Source: a virus
Lineage: Duplodnaviria; Caudoviricetes
IMG/VR virus record: IMGVR_UViG_3300009095_000003
Span: 1-45,376 of that record
Length of the DNA stretch: 45,376 nt
Direction: 5' to 3' (one strand)
Shown: positions 43,842 to 45,376 of the stretch, in pieces
Layout of the letters: each line of letters opens with the position of its first letter
Numbering within the stretch: the first letter of the stretch is position 1
Position numbers and translations under genes: made by a program
Notes under the pieces: generated by a model
Told to the model about the DNA's origin: nothing
The model's input: only the letters and a program-made list of their open reading frames with translations
Database searches by the model: none

Positions 43842-45376
43842 ATTCTTTAAATTTATCTGTTATTATTTCGATTTTCCTGTAAAACGGTAAATTTACACCA
43901 AATTCTAATATGTTCGTATTTTCACGCTCAAATCTTCTGACAAAACTACTAAAATTTATTTTAATAATAAAGTCTTCTTGATTAATTAGATTTTTTTCAT
44001 ATAAATTTATAGCTTCATCACGGGTAAAATGCTTATACGTCTCTAATTCAGCTAACACAAGCATACGCTGTAACTGAGTAGGATTGTGCCTGTATTCTGT
44101 TTCAAGAATTTGATTTTGCAAAGCATCTAATTCTGCTTCACTCGCACCGCTCTCTTTTGCTATCTTGTATTGAGTTCTCAAAGTTTGAGGGTTCAACACA
44201 TAGAACTCAGTCCCAAGATTGATGTCAGCAGATATGAAAGAAGCTCCGTATCTCAACCGACAAACCGTCTCATCGACAAAATTCTGCGCTTCTTCAAAAC
44301 CTTTCTTAATTCTGTTCAGAATAGTACTTTGGTTTTCAAAGTTAGCATTGACCTGCATCTCATTGATAGCTTGGTCGTTTATAGCACCACCGTCAACACC
44401 GCACACAGCGTTTATAATTTCATTTCTAAGACGCTCCTCTTCTTCTACATTATAATCCAATGACGATTTGTCAATAGATAGTATCTGAACAGGGTTACGC
44501 AAATCTGGGTCGTCTTTGGTATCAGGCACAGGCACCTCAACAAATGAACCAACGCCAGCGATACGCTTATCACCACATTTTGGGCATCTGCATAAAGCTC
44601 CAGAACTATCAAGCAAATACAAACCATCTCTGTTCTTCAAAAATCCACCGTCGCATTCGTCGCCTGTCTCAGTGTTTGAAAAGTTACAATCCTGTTCATA
44701 ACCTGAGTAAATAGGATAAGCCCCATATAAATCAAGGTGACGCTTAGAAGTATGGAAGAACAAAAACCAATCCAACGACTCGAGCATCTTAGATAGTGGA
44801 TGAGACTTAACTTCTTGGTCTTTCAGCGACAATGGCTCATTCCAAAAGAAACGAGCAGGACAATAACCGAGGTCATGGGGATTGTCAACAACAATATCGG
44901 TTATTAAATCGTTCTTAGAATTAAACAGCCTATAGCTTGCGTCATCCAGAACCGCGATTTGGTCATCCTTTTGCCTGAATATAATATAGTCCATGTTACC
45001 TGTCTTCTCATTGACACTATAATCGATTATGCGGTCTATAGTTAGCCAATAGAAGTATGGTTGTGGATAAGGGTCAGAAGCATCTTGCTCAACGGCCAAA
45101 TCAACTACAAGAACTGAATTTATTTCGGTCTTAAAGTATTCCCAGCCATCAGTCTGCCAAACAGCAGGCTCTTTCAATACGTTCTGTCTATACCATTCCC
45201 AATCGTCTCTTTGTTCAGGATTTAGGAATTGATAGTTGAATGCTGGATTGCGGCCATCGAATACACGGCTAAGCTTATCAAAAATTATTCCAGTAATCTC
45301 ATTAGTCTTAACGGGGTACCGGAATAATGTTTTGAAAATTTTAGCTTTGTCATGCGGTATAAGAGTTTGAACCCAC
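43807..45376 (-). CDS. Portal protein (574 aa in total; starts at 278 across the circular join)
   Basis: Frame is open to the window end; size and position before scaffold and capsid fit a portal; Cys-rich insertion. Confidence 0.8.
   Translation of the reverse strand, partial: WVQTLIPHDKAKIFKTLFRYPVKTNEITGIIFDKLSRVFDGRNPAFNYQFLNPEQRDDWEWYRQNVLKEPAVWQTDGWEYFKTEINSVLVVDLAVEQDASDPYPQPYFYWLTIDRIIDYSVNEKTGNMDYIIFRQKDDQIAVLDDASYRLFNSKNDLITDIVVDNPHDLGYCPARFFWNEPLSLKDQEVKSHPLSKMLESLDWFLFFHTSKRHLDLYGAYPIYSGYEQDCNFSNTETGDECDGGFLKNRDGLYLLDSSGALCRCPKCGDKRIAGVGSFVEVPVPDTKDDPDLRNPVQILSIDKSSLDYNVEEEERLRNEIINAVCGVDGGAINDQAINEMQVNANFENQSTILNRIKKGFEEAQNFVDETVCRLRYGASFISADINLGTEFYVLNPQTLRTQYKIAKESGASEAELDALQNQILETEYRHNPTQLQRMLVLAELETYKHFTRDEAINLYEKNLINQEDFIIKINFSSFVRRFERENTNILEFGVNLPFYRKIEIITDKFKEYANENRQRPTD
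45254..45376. repeat. Terminal direct repeat / circular overlap, identical to 1-123
   Basis: Direct comparison of the two ends. Confidence 0.97.

Noticed and set aside
1337-44701. All plus-strand ORFs and nested alternative-frame minus-strand ORFs in the track
   Set aside because: Short shadows of well-supported minus-strand genes; all promoters and terminators found point in the minus direction

Overview
This window is an apparently complete, circularly permuted tailed-phage genome. Bases 1-123 are identical to 45254-45376, giving a 45,253-bp circle, and the portal gene reads in frame across the join. Every credible gene is on the minus strand. TAnnTTTG-type promoters and a lipoprotein with a C-T-K-D-D-D export signal point to a Bacteroidota host. 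I see no integrase, so a lytic lifestyle is likely. One half (about 25.8 kb round through the join to 3.8 kb) holds the packaging, head, tail and lysis genes. The other half (4.3-25.2 kb) holds PolA, a primase/VirE helicase, SSB, a Cas4-like exonuclease, VRR-NUC, SNF2, UvrD, a DEDDh exonuclease, a TopoVI-A-like protein and nucleotide-metabolism genes. Five features stand out. (1) A candidate DNA hypermodification locus: a thymidylate-synthase homologue with the cytosine-type RSND..FG..ND motif, a 5-hmdU-kinase/aGPT-PPase-like protein, a PLP fold-II enzyme, an SGNH-like protein, dUTPase, dCMP deaminase and two small DUF proteins. (2) Two homologous ~330-bp iteron/IHF-box elements sitting exactly at the two module boundaries. 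(3) A tRNA-shaped RNA lacking a normal anticodon arm. (4) A seven-copy promoter family. (5) A tail-chaperone gene with a possibly inverted slippage logic. All family assignments come from motif recognition by eye; no database searches were run.
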